64,000 nt of DNA. It comes from a virus. The stretch lies in the UHGV virus genome UHGV-0382128; one strand, 5' to 3'. The number at the start of each line of letters is the position of its first letter. Within the stretch, counting starts at the first letter, position 1. The translations under genes were made by a program, and so were the position numbers. Shown in pieces: positions 9,281 to 19,080 of this stretch. The notes below the pieces were generated by a model. It saw only the letters and a program-made list of their open reading frames with translations. It was not told the DNA's origin and ran no database searches.

Positions 9281-9956
9281 ATAAAGCAGCATCCCGTGGG
9301 TCGACACCGACCCACTCTGCCATAAACCGGATATGTTCCTTAAACGGGTTAACGCCGTCTTGTTTGATTTGTTCAACCAACACGCCGGTCAATTCTGGTG
9401 TGAGCATGGCAGGGTGTGTGATGGTAAAGCTTGGAATCGGTTTTTTCAAGTGCGAAGCGTTAAGCTTAATCCACTCGAACCAATCGTACATTATCCAGCA
9501 ATCCCACGCCAATGATAATCTCCCCGGTGTGAGGTCTTCTAACGACCAAGACACCAATTCGACTTGTACGTTATTGTAATACATCCGAAACAGATTCAAA
9601 AAGGCTTGAAGTTCTTCGCCTGTTAAATCCGTATAAGGCCATGTATTGATGGTCAGAGTAGGTTTTTCAATTGGCGAATGCATTTCGATTTCAAGCATCA
9701 TACACTCGAATTCGTTTTTCATCGTTGCCAATAATTCAGTAGGCTGCGCATTAATCAAAGCGCGCTTATCCCGCTTCCGCCACTCTTCATCCCATTTTTC
9801 AAACCCGAGTACACCCGCCCATGCTTCTGTATAGCGACGCCGATAAACATCGTAGTCTAGTAAGGCTAAGCTTTCAGGCTTAATGGCTTTTACCCAACCT
9901 AAACGCGTATCAAATAACGTATCAATATCGATTAAGAAACGTCGAGATAATCTCAT
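9234..9956 (-). CDS. hypothetical protein (240 aa)
   Basis: ORF track; convergent 3' overlap with 8816..9280. Confidence 0.55.
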   Translation of the reverse strand: MRLSRRFLIDIDTLFDTRLGWVKAIKPESLALLDYDVYRRRYTEAWAGVLGFEKWDEEWRKRDKRALINAQPTELLATMKNEFECMMLEIEMHSPIEKPTLTINTWPYTDLTGEELQAFLNLFRMYYNNVQVELVSWSLEDLTPGRLSLAWDCWIMYDWFEWIKLNASHLKKPIPSFTITHPAMLTPELTGVLVEQIKQDGVNPFKEHIRFMAEWVGVDPRDAALFSLARPVQDVQTPPS

Positions 9957-10621
9957 GACGGATGGCCTATGTTGTTACCGATATGCATCGCTTTCAGGTA
10001 CGCTGACCACGTACGCGTTGCTTTAGAACTCGTTCGCTCCGCTCCAGGCAAATCAATACGCCCTTTACCGGTTTGGCGCAGTGATTGATAGAAAGCACGT
10101 TGTAGTGCGTCGTTACCACCACGCGCCCACAAGAACTCTTTCAGTGTCCAGTCGTGACCATCGGAATACATGATGTATGCCTCTGGGAAGGACACCCCGG
10201 ATGCTTTGGAAGGCCCGACGACTTGACCGGAGAGCTTATCGCGGACTTTGTCGTTTTTCGCAACCGCCATTTTCTTTTCTTGCATCTGTGTCTGACGACG
10301 GACAGGCAAGCGTAAGACTAAGTGAGGGTAACGAGTACGATGATAAACACCCGTTTTTGGTTCTGTTAGCCACAGTCGTTGCTCCAGGTTTACCCCGAGA
10401 ATTTTACACACCTCGATATTGCGCAGGTGATCAATTTCGACTTTACTTCCCACCGGGTTGTAAATAGGCAAACCGTTACGAAGTCGGTTAAACTGTTCGT
10501 CGGTCATTCGTGCGAAGGCTTTCTTCGCGGCTTCAGCATTAATGCCAGAAGGGTCTACCAACTTTAAGATTTGTAAGGCGTAGGCTTCCGCCTTTTTACG
10601 CCGCGCTGGTTCGAGTTTCAT
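9953..10621 (-). CDS. hypothetical protein (222 aa)
   Basis: ORF track; ATGA overlap with downstream gene. Confidence 0.55.
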   Translation of the reverse strand: MKLEPARRKKAEAYALQILKLVDPSGINAEAAKKAFARMTDEQFNRLRNGLPIYNPVGSKVEIDHLRNIEVCKILGVNLEQRLWLTEPKTGVYHRTRYPHLVLRLPVRRQTQMQEKKMAVAKNDKVRDKLSGQVVGPSKASGVSFPEAYIMYSDGHDWTLKEFLWARGGNDALQRAFYQSLRQTGKGRIDLPGAERTSSKATRTWSAYLKAMHIGNNIGHPS

Positions 10622-10895
10622 TGTCTACCGCCTTACGTAAATTGGATAACGTTTCTGCTTCAAGCAGGTCAATCCAGTAGCTGATAGCTTCCGTGTTTTC
10701 AGGAAGTTCGGAACGTACTGGTGCATACCCGTAACGTACTAATAGATTCGAGTAATACTCAGCGACCTTTAAACAAAAGGATTCCAGATCGGGAAACGGA
10801 AGAGTGAAGGCTTCACGAAATTCGGCCGCTGTTTCTAAATTAACACTTGCCAATCCTTCACTTAAGCGTTCCACAATCTCCGTTTGATAACGCAT
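10596..10895 (-). CDS. hypothetical protein (99 aa)
   Basis: ORF track. Confidence 0.45.
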   Translation of the reverse strand: MRYQTEIVERLSEGLASVNLETAAEFREAFTLPFPDLESFCLKVAEYYSNLLVRYGYAPVRSELPENTEAISYWIDLLEAETLSNLRKAVDNETRTSAA

Positions 10896-10910
10896 GATGA
10901 CTCCTTAGGT

Positions 10911-10932
10911 CGGGTAGGGTTTACCCTACCCG
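10911..10932 (-). other. intergenic hairpin without U-tract (possible RNA stability or processing element)
   Basis: cgggtagggt..accctacccg inverted repeat between recombinase-like gene stop and next gene SD. Confidence 0.3.
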
Positions 10933-10939
10933 ATCCTAT

Positions 10940-12436
10940 TTATTTCTTTTTCGTCAGGAACTTCGGTTCTAGTCCATCGACAGCCATACCCAGAATAGTA
11001 CGTGCAGTCAGTGTACGTTTACCACCTTTGGTTTCCTGGTCTTTAAACATCCAGTATTCTACCGTGTTATCCAGAATTTCATTCCAGTCCCACTTCTCGT
11101 CAATCAGTTTGTAAATCTCACCCATGCTGAGATGATACTTCATTTCAAGACGGTGGTAGTTGTTTTGCATATACGCGATTGCCGCCGTGATTTCTAAAGC
11201 GCGACGTAAGCGTGCGTTATCAGAAATCATATCACGGATTGTCGTACGTTGGAATTTCACACCAGGTAAAATGTCCAGTTCTTTGATAGAACCGCCACTA
11301 CCGCTTGACGTAAAACCAAAGTCTGACTTCTTCAGCGTGTCACTTAAATAGTGCCACAGGCTCAGGTGATATAACAGACCCATTTCCTGAGAGAAGATCA
11401 TCTGGAATTTCACACCGGTGTGACCACCCTTCGCACGATACTGAGTAAAGGTGATAATCTTCAAGTCGTTTACCGAAGCATTCATCGCTTTAGAACGTGA
11501 CGTCGGATAAAGTTCTTCGTTAACACCGGTCTGTGCGTTATAGCTCTGGTCTTTCTTCAACTCCCCTGATTTCGTCGCGACGATAAAAGAGTTTGTTAAA
11601 AAGCTAAGCTGACGGCGAGGAATACCTGCGAATTTTAAATCGTCGTTGGCATCGTCAAGAATTTTCGCATTTGCTTTTTGTGCCTGACGACCACCTGCCA
11701 TCGCTTTCCCAGAGTCATCGGCCATCTGTGCCACGAAACCCATATAGAAACCACCGCGTGCAAACGCAGACGGCCAGCGGCTCATCATGTTCGATTTTTG
11801 CAGTGCATCGTGGGCGTTCAGGATGTTCTGATCAGAATCACCGATATCTGTTTTTGCGTGTTTGTCTTCCAGCGAACTGGAATGCCACTCTGACAAAGAG
11901 TCGATAGAATAAAGCCAGGGGTCCAGGATTTCTTTTAACTTCCGACGAACCGGATCGGGGAACGGCGTTACACGGGTTTTACCAGACATATACTGCTTGA
12001 AGCGTTTTTCAACTTCGTCACGAATATAATCACTGTAATACTGTTCCCCAGGCATTACATCAGAACCGACCAGGTTATAACGACCTTCGTGGATGAGTTC
12101 CAATACGGACGTTCCGTCGTCGATACCGTTGGCGTTCATGGCAGAGATGTACCCAGTTTCTAAACGATCGAGGGCGGCGGACACTTCTGTATCGTACTTA
12201 GAACCCCACTCTGCTTTATAACGTTGCAGGATTTGGAAGATACAGAAATCTAACAAAGTGGATTTAAAGGTGTTACCGCGACCTGCGAAACCCATGATGT
12301 GGGCAAAACCACCGTTAAGGTAGTACAAACCATCTTCACCTTTTTCGTAGTTACCTAAGGCATGATCCATGATGGTGTAAACGTTAAAACGTGGACGAAT
12401 TACTTCACCGATAACTTGCTTAGTTGGGCCTGCCAT
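10940..12436 (-). CDS. UvsX/RecA-like recombinase candidate (498 aa)
   Basis: GGFAHIMGFAGRGNTFKST matches the UvsX P-loop pattern GG..G....AG....FKS(N/T); size larger than T4 UvsX. Confidence 0.5.
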   Translation of the reverse strand: MAGPTKQVIGEVIRPRFNVYTIMDHALGNYEKGEDGLYYLNGGFAHIMGFAGRGNTFKSTLLDFCIFQILQRYKAEWGSKYDTEVSAALDRLETGYISAMNANGIDDGTSVLELIHEGRYNLVGSDVMPGEQYYSDYIRDEVEKRFKQYMSGKTRVTPFPDPVRRKLKEILDPWLYSIDSLSEWHSSSLEDKHAKTDIGDSDQNILNAHDALQKSNMMSRWPSAFARGGFYMGFVAQMADDSGKAMAGGRQAQKANAKILDDANDDLKFAGIPRRQLSFLTNSFIVATKSGELKKDQSYNAQTGVNEELYPTSRSKAMNASVNDLKIITFTQYRAKGGHTGVKFQMIFSQEMGLLYHLSLWHYLSDTLKKSDFGFTSSGSGGSIKELDILPGVKFQRTTIRDMISDNARLRRALEITAAIAYMQNNYHRLEMKYHLSMGEIYKLIDEKWDWNEILDNTVEYWMFKDQETKGGKRTLTARTILGMAVDGLEPKFLTKKK

Positions 12437-12451
12437 TTAGCGCTCCGATAA

Positions 12452-12751
12452 TTAACGATTCTTGGTCGGAAGAAGAAGACGGCGGTTGTGCCAGAATTCA
12501 AAGTAGGTCTCTACCCACTCAGTAACTTCTTCCGCATTTTCAGGATAAGGGTTTTCAATAGACTCGAAACGGCGTTTGTTACGCTCGTCAATTTCCAGTT
12601 CCATAACACGTTTACCGCTCGGGCACGACGTTACGCTCAAGACTTTTCCAACTTGAATAGGCTTACCGTTCTGACCTTTTTTAACAGGGCTCAGATAAAT
12701 TTCCGGTTCTAAACGCGGTGTGGTGTTTCGAGTCAGTAATTTGATTTTCAT
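12452..12751 (-). CDS. hypothetical protein (99 aa)
   Basis: ORF track. Confidence 0.45.
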   Translation of the reverse strand: MKIKLLTRNTTPRLEPEIYLSPVKKGQNGKPIQVGKVLSVTSCPSGKRVMELEIDERNKRRFESIENPYPENAEEVTEWVETYFEFWHNRRLLLPTKNR

Positions 12752-12849
12752 CGAGCTTTACCTTTATGGAATTGTCTCGGTCATAAGGTTTGGGTGAACT
12801 GTAAAAAGACTTTACTATGTAACCCTGACTTATAATCCGAGGTTTTAGA

Positions 12850-13605
12850 ATGAATGTAAATCCACTTGCAGCGTTATCTAGCTTCGCCGCTAAAGCGTCT
12901 GCAATCTTACCGAAAGGCTTTAGTGGCCCTCAACAAGAGATTGCATTAACCACTTATGACGAGATGTCGGACGTTTCCAAGTGGATGCAACAAGAAAAAT
13001 TCCTTCACTTTGCGGGAATGTTGGTTATCGTTCCACCTGGGTTTAATACCTACGTGATGGATCATTTGAACCGCTTAGAATCCGTATGGAGTTCACTGCA
13101 AAACATTTATACGGGTATTCTGTTCCCGGTCGATAAACAACTTTCGGCCCTTACACATGATGTGGGTGTACTGTCATTACCGATTGGTTTCCGTTACAAA
13201 AATGTTAATATACCTTTACGTAACGTTAACCCGAAAGATCTGGTTAACTTGTTAGCGAAATCGTACACTAACAACGTTATTGACCAGCGACCAATCGAGA
13301 AGACGTATCACAGCGCGTCCGAAATTGATGTTGCGTTCAATCGTGCTAAGGCACTGAACGTTGAAATCACAAAACGTCTACGGACAAACATCGACAAGTC
13401 AATCGAGTCTATTCGCACTACGTCAGAAATCTTGTCAGAACAAAACATTCATCCGAATGTAGCAAAAGAACTGACGATGATGTTAGATTTTGCTTCCGAT
13501 TGGGTGGAGCTGTTTGGTTTGTTCATGAAACAGGTTAACGAATTAATCGAATGCCTGAACGTTACTGCCGAACGCTTAAAAGCGCTTAAGGCAAACAAAA
13601 AATAA
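12850..13605 (+). CDS. hypothetical protein (251 aa)
   Basis: ORF track; GAGG SD; TATAAT hexamer at about 12825 upstream. Confidence 0.55.
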   Translation: MNVNPLAALSSFAAKASAILPKGFSGPQQEIALTTYDEMSDVSKWMQQEKFLHFAGMLVIVPPGFNTYVMDHLNRLESVWSSLQNIYTGILFPVDKQLSALTHDVGVLSLPIGFRYKNVNIPLRNVNPKDLVNLLAKSYTNNVIDQRPIEKTYHSASEIDVAFNRAKALNVEITKRLRTNIDKSIESIRTTSEILSEQNIHPNVAKELTMMLDFASDWVELFGLFMKQVNELIECLNVTAERLKALKANKK

Positions 13606-13618
13606 AAAAGTAAAGCTA

Positions 13619-13642
13619 CCCCTAGACCACACGGTCTAGGGG
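13619..13642. terminator. bidirectional rho-independent terminator between convergent genes
   Basis: hairpin cccctagacc-acac-ggtctagggg flanked by A-run upstream and T-rich run downstream. Confidence 0.55.
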
Positions 13643-13650
13643 TAAACTAT

Positions 13651-14550
13651 TTATTTCCCACGATAAAATCCAGAGATGTAGCTTGGCGCTATCCATCGCC
13701 ATTCGCGCCAACGCATTTCTGACATTTTACCACACCATACACGCTTCCAATGAGCACGACGGATATGTGCTGCGCAATAAATCGCCAAACAAACCTCGTG
13801 TCCCTCCTTGCGTTGTTGTTCTATATCTTCCCATTGTACCGGACTTACGTCTAAAACGACCGCTTCACTACGTGGGCGAATCTCTGTATCAGGAACATAA
13901 CGAATGGTCCTCCCGCGAAATTCTTTCTTCTCACGTTCAGTTCGTTTAATTCGCGATGAAAGATATAGTCCGATATAGACGGCGTCGAGTAGTCGTTGAT
14001 TCTCCTTAACCGAAGTAAGGAGCGGCTTTAACTCCACGAAATCATCATTACTTTTATCGATCGTGTAAATCTCAAACTCCATGTATACCGACTCGTCATG
14101 TTCTTCGCATGACATCACAAAGAGAACTTCTTCACCTTCGTAAAGACGTCTTCCGATAAATAACGTGATTGGACATTCGTCGAGATTTACGGTAACCGAG
14201 AAAGTAAATGAAGGGATGGTTTCTATCCAGAAGTACGGGATATTTTTTAGTCTCTCAGTTTTTGCTAAGAGCGCCATCAGTTCTTCATCCGAGATGATTT
14301 CAACAGCAGCGTATTGCCATCCTAGTCCCAGGGACTGCTTAATCAGTCTGGGAATCTGTTCGGTAACGCCATATTCACGATAGGTCGGATCTTTAACTGG
14401 CATAAACGTTACGGGTATTTGTCGTTTATGCTCGTTAATGAACCGAATAAAACGGCACTGATCTAATCCGTGAATTGTTTGGTGTGCTTTTTCTATCTGT
14501 TCGCTCATGCGTCTTAGCGCTTTCCCGTAAAGTCTATTATTCGTTGTCAT
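13651..14550 (-). CDS. hypothetical protein, member of a 2-gene paralogue family with conserved C-terminal AAHIRRAHW motif
   Basis: ORF track, start moved to internal Met (MTTNNRLYG) preceded by AGGAG SD so it no longer overlaps the upstream paralogue; C-terminus AAHIRRAHWKRVWCG. Confidence 0.55.
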   Translation of the reverse strand: MTTNNRLYGKALRRMSEQIEKAHQTIHGLDQCRFIRFINEHKRQIPVTFMPVKDPTYREYGVTEQIPRLIKQSLGLGWQYAAVEIISDEELMALLAKTERLKNIPYFWIETIPSFTFSVTVNLDECPITLFIGRRLYEGEEVLFVMSCEEHDESVYMEFEIYTIDKSNDDFVELKPLLTSVKENQRLLDAVYIGLYLSSRIKRTEREKKEFRGRTIRYVPDTEIRPRSEAVVLDVSPVQWEDIEQQRKEGHEVCLAIYCAAHIRRAHWKRVWCGKMSEMRWREWRWIAPSYISGFYRGK

Positions 14551-14575
14551 TTTAATGCTCCTAAACACTTTTAGC

Positions 14576-15502
14576 TTAATTGTGGGGTACGTAGCCACGG
14601 ACAAATGTAGGTGGAATCCAACAAAGTTTTCTTTTTCTTTCCCCATCTCTTGGACCGACCCAATATCTGCGCCAGTGCGCGCGACGAATATGTGCGGCCT
14701 TGGCGTGTTTGATACCTTCCATGGTTTTCAAGTCGGTGTTAAATCCCTTTAGATATTTCACTTGTTCTGGTGTGATGTCTATTTTAACGTCACGTTCACG
14801 AGGTTTGATTTCGTGACTTATGCTACCATTCTTTTTGATTTCTTTGAACTTAATGTCATTGAAAGACCCTCTGAGATTGGGCGGGATTAGCGTACAGAGA
14901 AATATCAACGATATGGCGGTTTTGGCCAGTGATAACCATAACGTCTTCTCTTGTTCGGTCTGTACGCCAGTTGTATAATCGATTTCAACAAGCCCGTTTC
15001 CAACACTACATATCTCTAACGAGCAGGTGGCGATTGTGGTAACGCCTTCTGTTAACCCGTAATCAGTATTTGTAGCAATTATAATAAACCTTCTATTCCC
15101 ATTTTTTCGATAACCGAGAAAGAAAGTCTCATCTTCTTTACCTACATCGATTGCCACAGTCCAAGTAGGTATAAAGTCCAACCATTCTTCAGGGAATTTA
15201 CTGGGCATCTCAGTCTCGAAAACAAGTTCTCTAAGTGCTCGATCGGATATTAAGGAAGCACCACCGTATAGCCATCCGATCGCCAATGTTTGAGCGTGAA
15301 GGGAACGGGGATCTTTGAGACCTAACTCAGCATCGTAGGGTATAAAGGCATTAGTTAAATGCTTACGATTCTTTTTTATCCATTTCGAGACGGGATTTTC
15401 TTTTGTTTGGTTTTCTTCCATGACATTTTCTAGATGCTGACTCCCCATTTGTCTAAGGCAGTCTTTAATACCTTTTACTTTTTTACTTTTGTACAAATAC
15501 AT
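14576..15502 (-). CDS. hypothetical protein, paralogue of 13651..14550
   Basis: C-terminus AAHIRRAHWRRYWVGP...WIPPTFVRGY parallels the neighbouring gene. Confidence 0.55.
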   Translation of the reverse strand: MYLYKSKKVKGIKDCLRQMGSQHLENVMEENQTKENPVSKWIKKNRKHLTNAFIPYDAELGLKDPRSLHAQTLAIGWLYGGASLISDRALRELVFETEMPSKFPEEWLDFIPTWTVAIDVGKEDETFFLGYRKNGNRRFIIIATNTDYGLTEGVTTIATCSLEICSVGNGLVEIDYTTGVQTEQEKTLWLSLAKTAISLIFLCTLIPPNLRGSFNDIKFKEIKKNGSISHEIKPRERDVKIDITPEQVKYLKGFNTDLKTMEGIKHAKAAHIRRAHWRRYWVGPRDGERKRKLCWIPPTFVRGYVPHN

Positions 15503-15560
15503 GGTATATTCTCCTAAAATGGTTAAAAAAGATAGAGGGACGCTTTAGCGTCCCTCTAAG

Positions 15561-16046
15561 TCAATCATCTTCGGTAAGTTCAGGATGGTGGGTTTTTAAG
15601 TATCCCCATATCTGAATGGCGAGTGGCTCTTGATTTTCTAGAATCATCTGCTTTATTTTAGACTTCGACCCCCCATTCCAAATTTCCTTATAAAGTTTTC
15701 TCCATTCCTCACAAGCATAAAGAACGGTTGTTGTCGGATTTATAGGTAATGAACGATCGTTGTCTAAGAGTTTGACTGTACTATCTAGGATAATGTTAAG
15801 ACATGTTATTATATCTGCTTTTGACACGACAGACTTATCGGAGGGAAAGAAATTAGGCAGATGGCCCATTATAACGCTTTTATAGGTTATCGTAATAAAT
15901 TTACCCACGGCGGTTACCATCCATGGTTCAGCTTTTCTAGATACGTACAAATAAGATGGTAACTGTTTCTCTATTAAATCTATATGGTTTAAAAACAAGT
16001 GAGTAATAGCGCTATTACTCGGCTTAATGATGTTATTTATGTACAT
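15561..16046 (-). CDS. hypothetical protein (161 aa), tandem paralogue A
   Basis: ORF track; shares EEW.K.Y..IW...L..W..LK..P pattern with 16076..16561. Confidence 0.5.
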   Translation of the reverse strand: MYINNIIKPSNSAITHLFLNHIDLIEKQLPSYLYVSRKAEPWMVTAVGKFITITYKSVIMGHLPNFFPSDKSVVSKADIITCLNIILDSTVKLLDNDRSLPINPTTTVLYACEEWRKLYKEIWNGGSKSKIKQMILENQEPLAIQIWGYLKTHHPELTEDD

Positions 16047-16075
16047 AAAGTACTCTCTTATTTTCAGTCTATATT

Positions 16076-16561
16076 CTATAGTGACACGTAAATAGGATAA
16101 TTAGCTTTCAGCCACTCCCATAGCTGTAAGGAAAGTAGGTTTTCATTACGTTCGATGATTTCCATGATTTCGTCCAAGTTAGAATCTTCAACCCAAATCC
16201 GGGTATAAAATTTTTCCCATTCCGGTTCTGTATAAGGGACTAGAGGAGTAGGGAATCGCTCCATGTGGTACGCATCAGAAACTTTCTTTAAGAACTCGTC
16301 GCGACCATGGCGTAGGCGTTGCCGAACGTCTGTTTCTGTTATGCGCTTGCTTGATAGATCGGAGAAGTCAAATAGGCTAAATATGTATTGCGTTAGACAC
16401 CGAGAAGAAAAGTAGGACGCGGCATAAGCCGCCATCCAAGGAGTGTCTGCAACCAACGGAGTCAACTTTTCTTCAATTTCTTTTCTTACACGTGTTTCGT
16501 TATTGAGAAATTCATGTACGATATCGCAGTTACGAATATCGAAGATATGATTTAAGTTCAT
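16076..16561 (-). CDS. hypothetical protein (161 aa), tandem paralogue B
   Basis: ORF track; same length and C-terminal pattern as 15561..16046. Confidence 0.5.
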   Translation of the reverse strand: MNLNHIFDIRNCDIVHEFLNNETRVRKEIEEKLTPLVADTPWMAAYAASYFSSRCLTQYIFSLFDFSDLSSKRITETDVRQRLRHGRDEFLKKVSDAYHMERFPTPLVPYTEPEWEKFYTRIWVEDSNLDEIMEIIERNENLLSLQLWEWLKANYPIYVSL

Positions 16562-16562
16562 T

Positions 16563-17087
16563 TTACTGTCCTAAAATTGGGGTGAGTCTGTCTGCGGTGT
16601 TTAACAATGCTTTTGTAATTTCGTGGTTGGTCTCTTTTAGGATGGCGCAGCAGAGAGTGGTATAAACCTCGATTGCTAAACCGATTTCTTGTTCAGTCAG
16701 ACACGGTTCGGTGCCGCCAATCCCGTAACGCTGCGCTGCATACTCAATTTCAAGTTTCAAACGTTTTCGTAGTGCCTCGTCATCAGTTAAACGCGCGCAC
16801 GCCCGATCGAAACGTCTATTGTAAGCCTCGATCTTGTGGACAATTTCGCGTCGCAGTTGGTCGACCTTTACGTTATCATCAAGAGTGATGGTGACGTTGT
16901 CAACTAAACAGTAATGCACCGCGTGTCGTAAGTTGTGTAATGTGGCGGCAGTAACGACCCGCTCCTGATGGTCGCTAAAGCCGTGGGCACCACAGAGCTT
17001 GCGTGCAACCGCGCCAGAGATTTTCTCCTCTAACGCTATCGGCGTGGCAATGGTTGTTTTCTTACGAAGCTGAATTAAAATATCCAC
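16563..17087 (-). CDS. hypothetical protein (174 aa)
   Basis: ORF track. Confidence 0.5.
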   Translation of the reverse strand: MDILIQLRKKTTIATPIALEEKISGAVARKLCGAHGFSDHQERVVTAATLHNLRHAVHYCLVDNVTITLDDNVKVDQLRREIVHKIEAYNRRFDRACARLTDDEALRKRLKLEIEYAAQRYGIGGTEPCLTEQEIGLAIEVYTTLCCAILKETNHEITKALLNTADRLTPILGQ

Positions 17088-17089
17088 GG

Positions 17090-17632
17090 TTATACTCCTT
17101 TAGGTTGTCCGTATTTTGACGATAGGTAGATGAGTTCAGCATGGCAGATTTTCTCAACTAACCCGAGTGTCTCAAGGAAAATATCCCGGATACGGGACAT
17201 CGTTTCGTTGGTAAGAATATCGCTCCAACATGTTGTGTCTATTATATCCGTCGTTGAAGATTGGCGCTGCAATATTGCGACATACACTTCGTCGAGGCTA
17301 TCTGGTGCATTATTCTGTAAGTAATGGGCGGCATGTAGAAAGGCTTTCTCAAGAATCAGCTGAATATCCGTATCGGGATCAGTTACCCGTACTAAATGCG
17401 GGTATGTCATAGCCGAACTGATTTTTATCACTAACTGCTCAACGAGGTTATTCACCATCGCTTCTGAATCCAGGATAGTAATATCAGCTCCATCGTGTTC
17501 TTCAGAAATCTTATTCTCATGCACTGCTATCGCATCGTGTAATTCAAACGCAACGCGACTTCGCATCTCACTTAACACTTTGTTTAATTTGTCCCGTGAC
17601 TCGCTGAGTGAGAAATCGATAAGTATTTTCAT
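17090..17632 (-). CDS. hypothetical protein (180 aa)
   Basis: ORF track. Confidence 0.5.
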   Translation of the reverse strand: MKILIDFSLSESRDKLNKVLSEMRSRVAFELHDAIAVHENKISEEHDGADITILDSEAMVNNLVEQLVIKISSAMTYPHLVRVTDPDTDIQLILEKAFLHAAHYLQNNAPDSLDEVYVAILQRQSSTTDIIDTTCWSDILTNETMSRIRDIFLETLGLVEKICHAELIYLSSKYGQPKGV

Positions 17633-18375
17633 TATACGTACTCCTGATAAATTGGCCGACCCCGATCTTCTCGAATCTGGCAGTATGTTACAACAATACC
17701 GTTAGGGATTTGTGCGCCGCTGTCTTCAAGGTAAATAACGCCCGTAGCTTCACAGAGATAAAACGACCACAATCGTGAGATACCAAGCCGTGCGTTCTCG
17801 TAGTGACTGAATGGCCAGAAACCACAGTGAATCTCATCATAGTCTCCCCGTTCTATCCCGTAAGCAATCATTTCTTTTTCCCACAACGTACATTCAGCGT
17901 CGTAAGTCGAAAACCAGAAACCAACGAGATTCTTTGTCCGCTTAACGTTCATTAAGTCGTTATAAATGGGAAAGAGTGCTTTATTGAAATTTTCTAACAT
18001 CTCTGGAGAGAATAGAAAATTCATGTAGTATTCTAGCCATTGATAAACGGCTTCCCAGACATCTTCAGAAGAGAAATGTTCGAATACGGCGTCATCGCAA
18101 TCGTAGTTATCGAAGATCCCTGAGAGATCTATTTCGACGACGCCGCGAAGGTCAAAGTTTCTGTTGGTATTGACAGCGTCAATAACCTCAGCGATGAGAC
18201 GAGTAAAGACGATTGTGCAGGCGGTTTGTGCGGTATAAAAGAATTCTCCTTGTACGGTTGACCACTTCGGGTCCTTCAAATGTTCATTGAAGTATTGTGG
18301 CCAAATTTTATAAAAGATTCCCTCGAACAACGAGGGATTGATACGTTGTAATTGAGGGACATAAACTTTTAGCAT
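17632..18375 (-). CDS. hypothetical protein (247 aa)
   Basis: ORF track; 1-nt overlap with downstream gene. Confidence 0.5.
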   Translation of the reverse strand: MLKVYVPQLQRINPSLFEGIFYKIWPQYFNEHLKDPKWSTVQGEFFYTAQTACTIVFTRLIAEVIDAVNTNRNFDLRGVVEIDLSGIFDNYDCDDAVFEHFSSEDVWEAVYQWLEYYMNFLFSPEMLENFNKALFPIYNDLMNVKRTKNLVGFWFSTYDAECTLWEKEMIAYGIERGDYDEIHCGFWPFSHYENARLGISRLWSFYLCEATGVIYLEDSGAQIPNGIVVTYCQIREDRGRPIYQEYV

Positions 18376-18411
18376 TCTAATAACTCCAATGGTGTTACAC
18401 CTGGATAATAT

Positions 18412-19080
18412 CTATCTAAGAATATTTTTAATGAAAAAAGGATCGGCTGTAAACTCCTTCACTTGTGAGTCATAACCCGAATGTATTTGATCGCTACTGA
18501 GCAAATACTGGTCTAGGTCGTGCGGAAGAATCCAAGAATCACCTTGCTTAAAAATACCATAATCTGCTGTTCCTGCGGAAAAAATGATTTCCTCTGGAAA
18601 CGAATAGACACGGCGTAAGGCAAGATCGGATGGCTTTAACACGATTAATCGAACGGGATGTTGACTGACTGCCTCTTTAATAAACTGTTCACGATTAAAC
18701 CAAATTATTTTTTCGGGGTAAGTTTCGAATTCAGCCCATGCCCGCGTGATAACTAATTTGGAAATCTTTCTCAATTCTTCAGAACGCTCTGCGTAGCCGA
18801 TGCACTCCTTGCGTACTTCATGATTTTCTATCGATGTTGTGAATTTTTGGAATAGGTGTTGTTGGAAAAAGCCGTTCTCCGGGATATCACAACCCGCGTT
18901 GTATAGTGCTATGATCTCCCACAACAACGAAAGAGAAAACACAAATGCTAACTTTTCCACAACTTCCCAATCTTCGGAGTAAGGGGCTTTAAAGCCCCAA
19001 TACTGCCGTGCGTTATACATAAAGTGAGTTTGTAAAAACCGAGGGGCTTTTGACAAGACCTCACTATAAACGATCAGCAT
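18412..19080 (-). CDS. hypothetical protein (222 aa)
   Basis: ORF track. Confidence 0.5.
   Translation of the reverse strand: MLIVYSEVLSKAPRFLQTHFMYNARQYWGFKAPYSEDWEVVEKLAFVFSLSLLWEIIALYNAGCDIPENGFFQQHLFQKFTTSIENHEVRKECIGYAERSEELRKISKLVITRAWAEFETYPEKIIWFNREQFIKEAVSQHPVRLIVLKPSDLALRRVYSFPEEIIFSAGTADYGIFKQGDSWILPHDLDQYLLSSDQIHSGYDSQVKEFTADPFFIKNILR

Noticed and set aside
8839-9376. Minus-strand ORFs 8839..9105 and 8969..9376 opposite the acidic plus-strand gene
   Set aside because: Cys/Arg-rich shadow ORFs; 8969..9376 would overlap 9234..9956 out of frame; the plus-strand gene has a strong SD.
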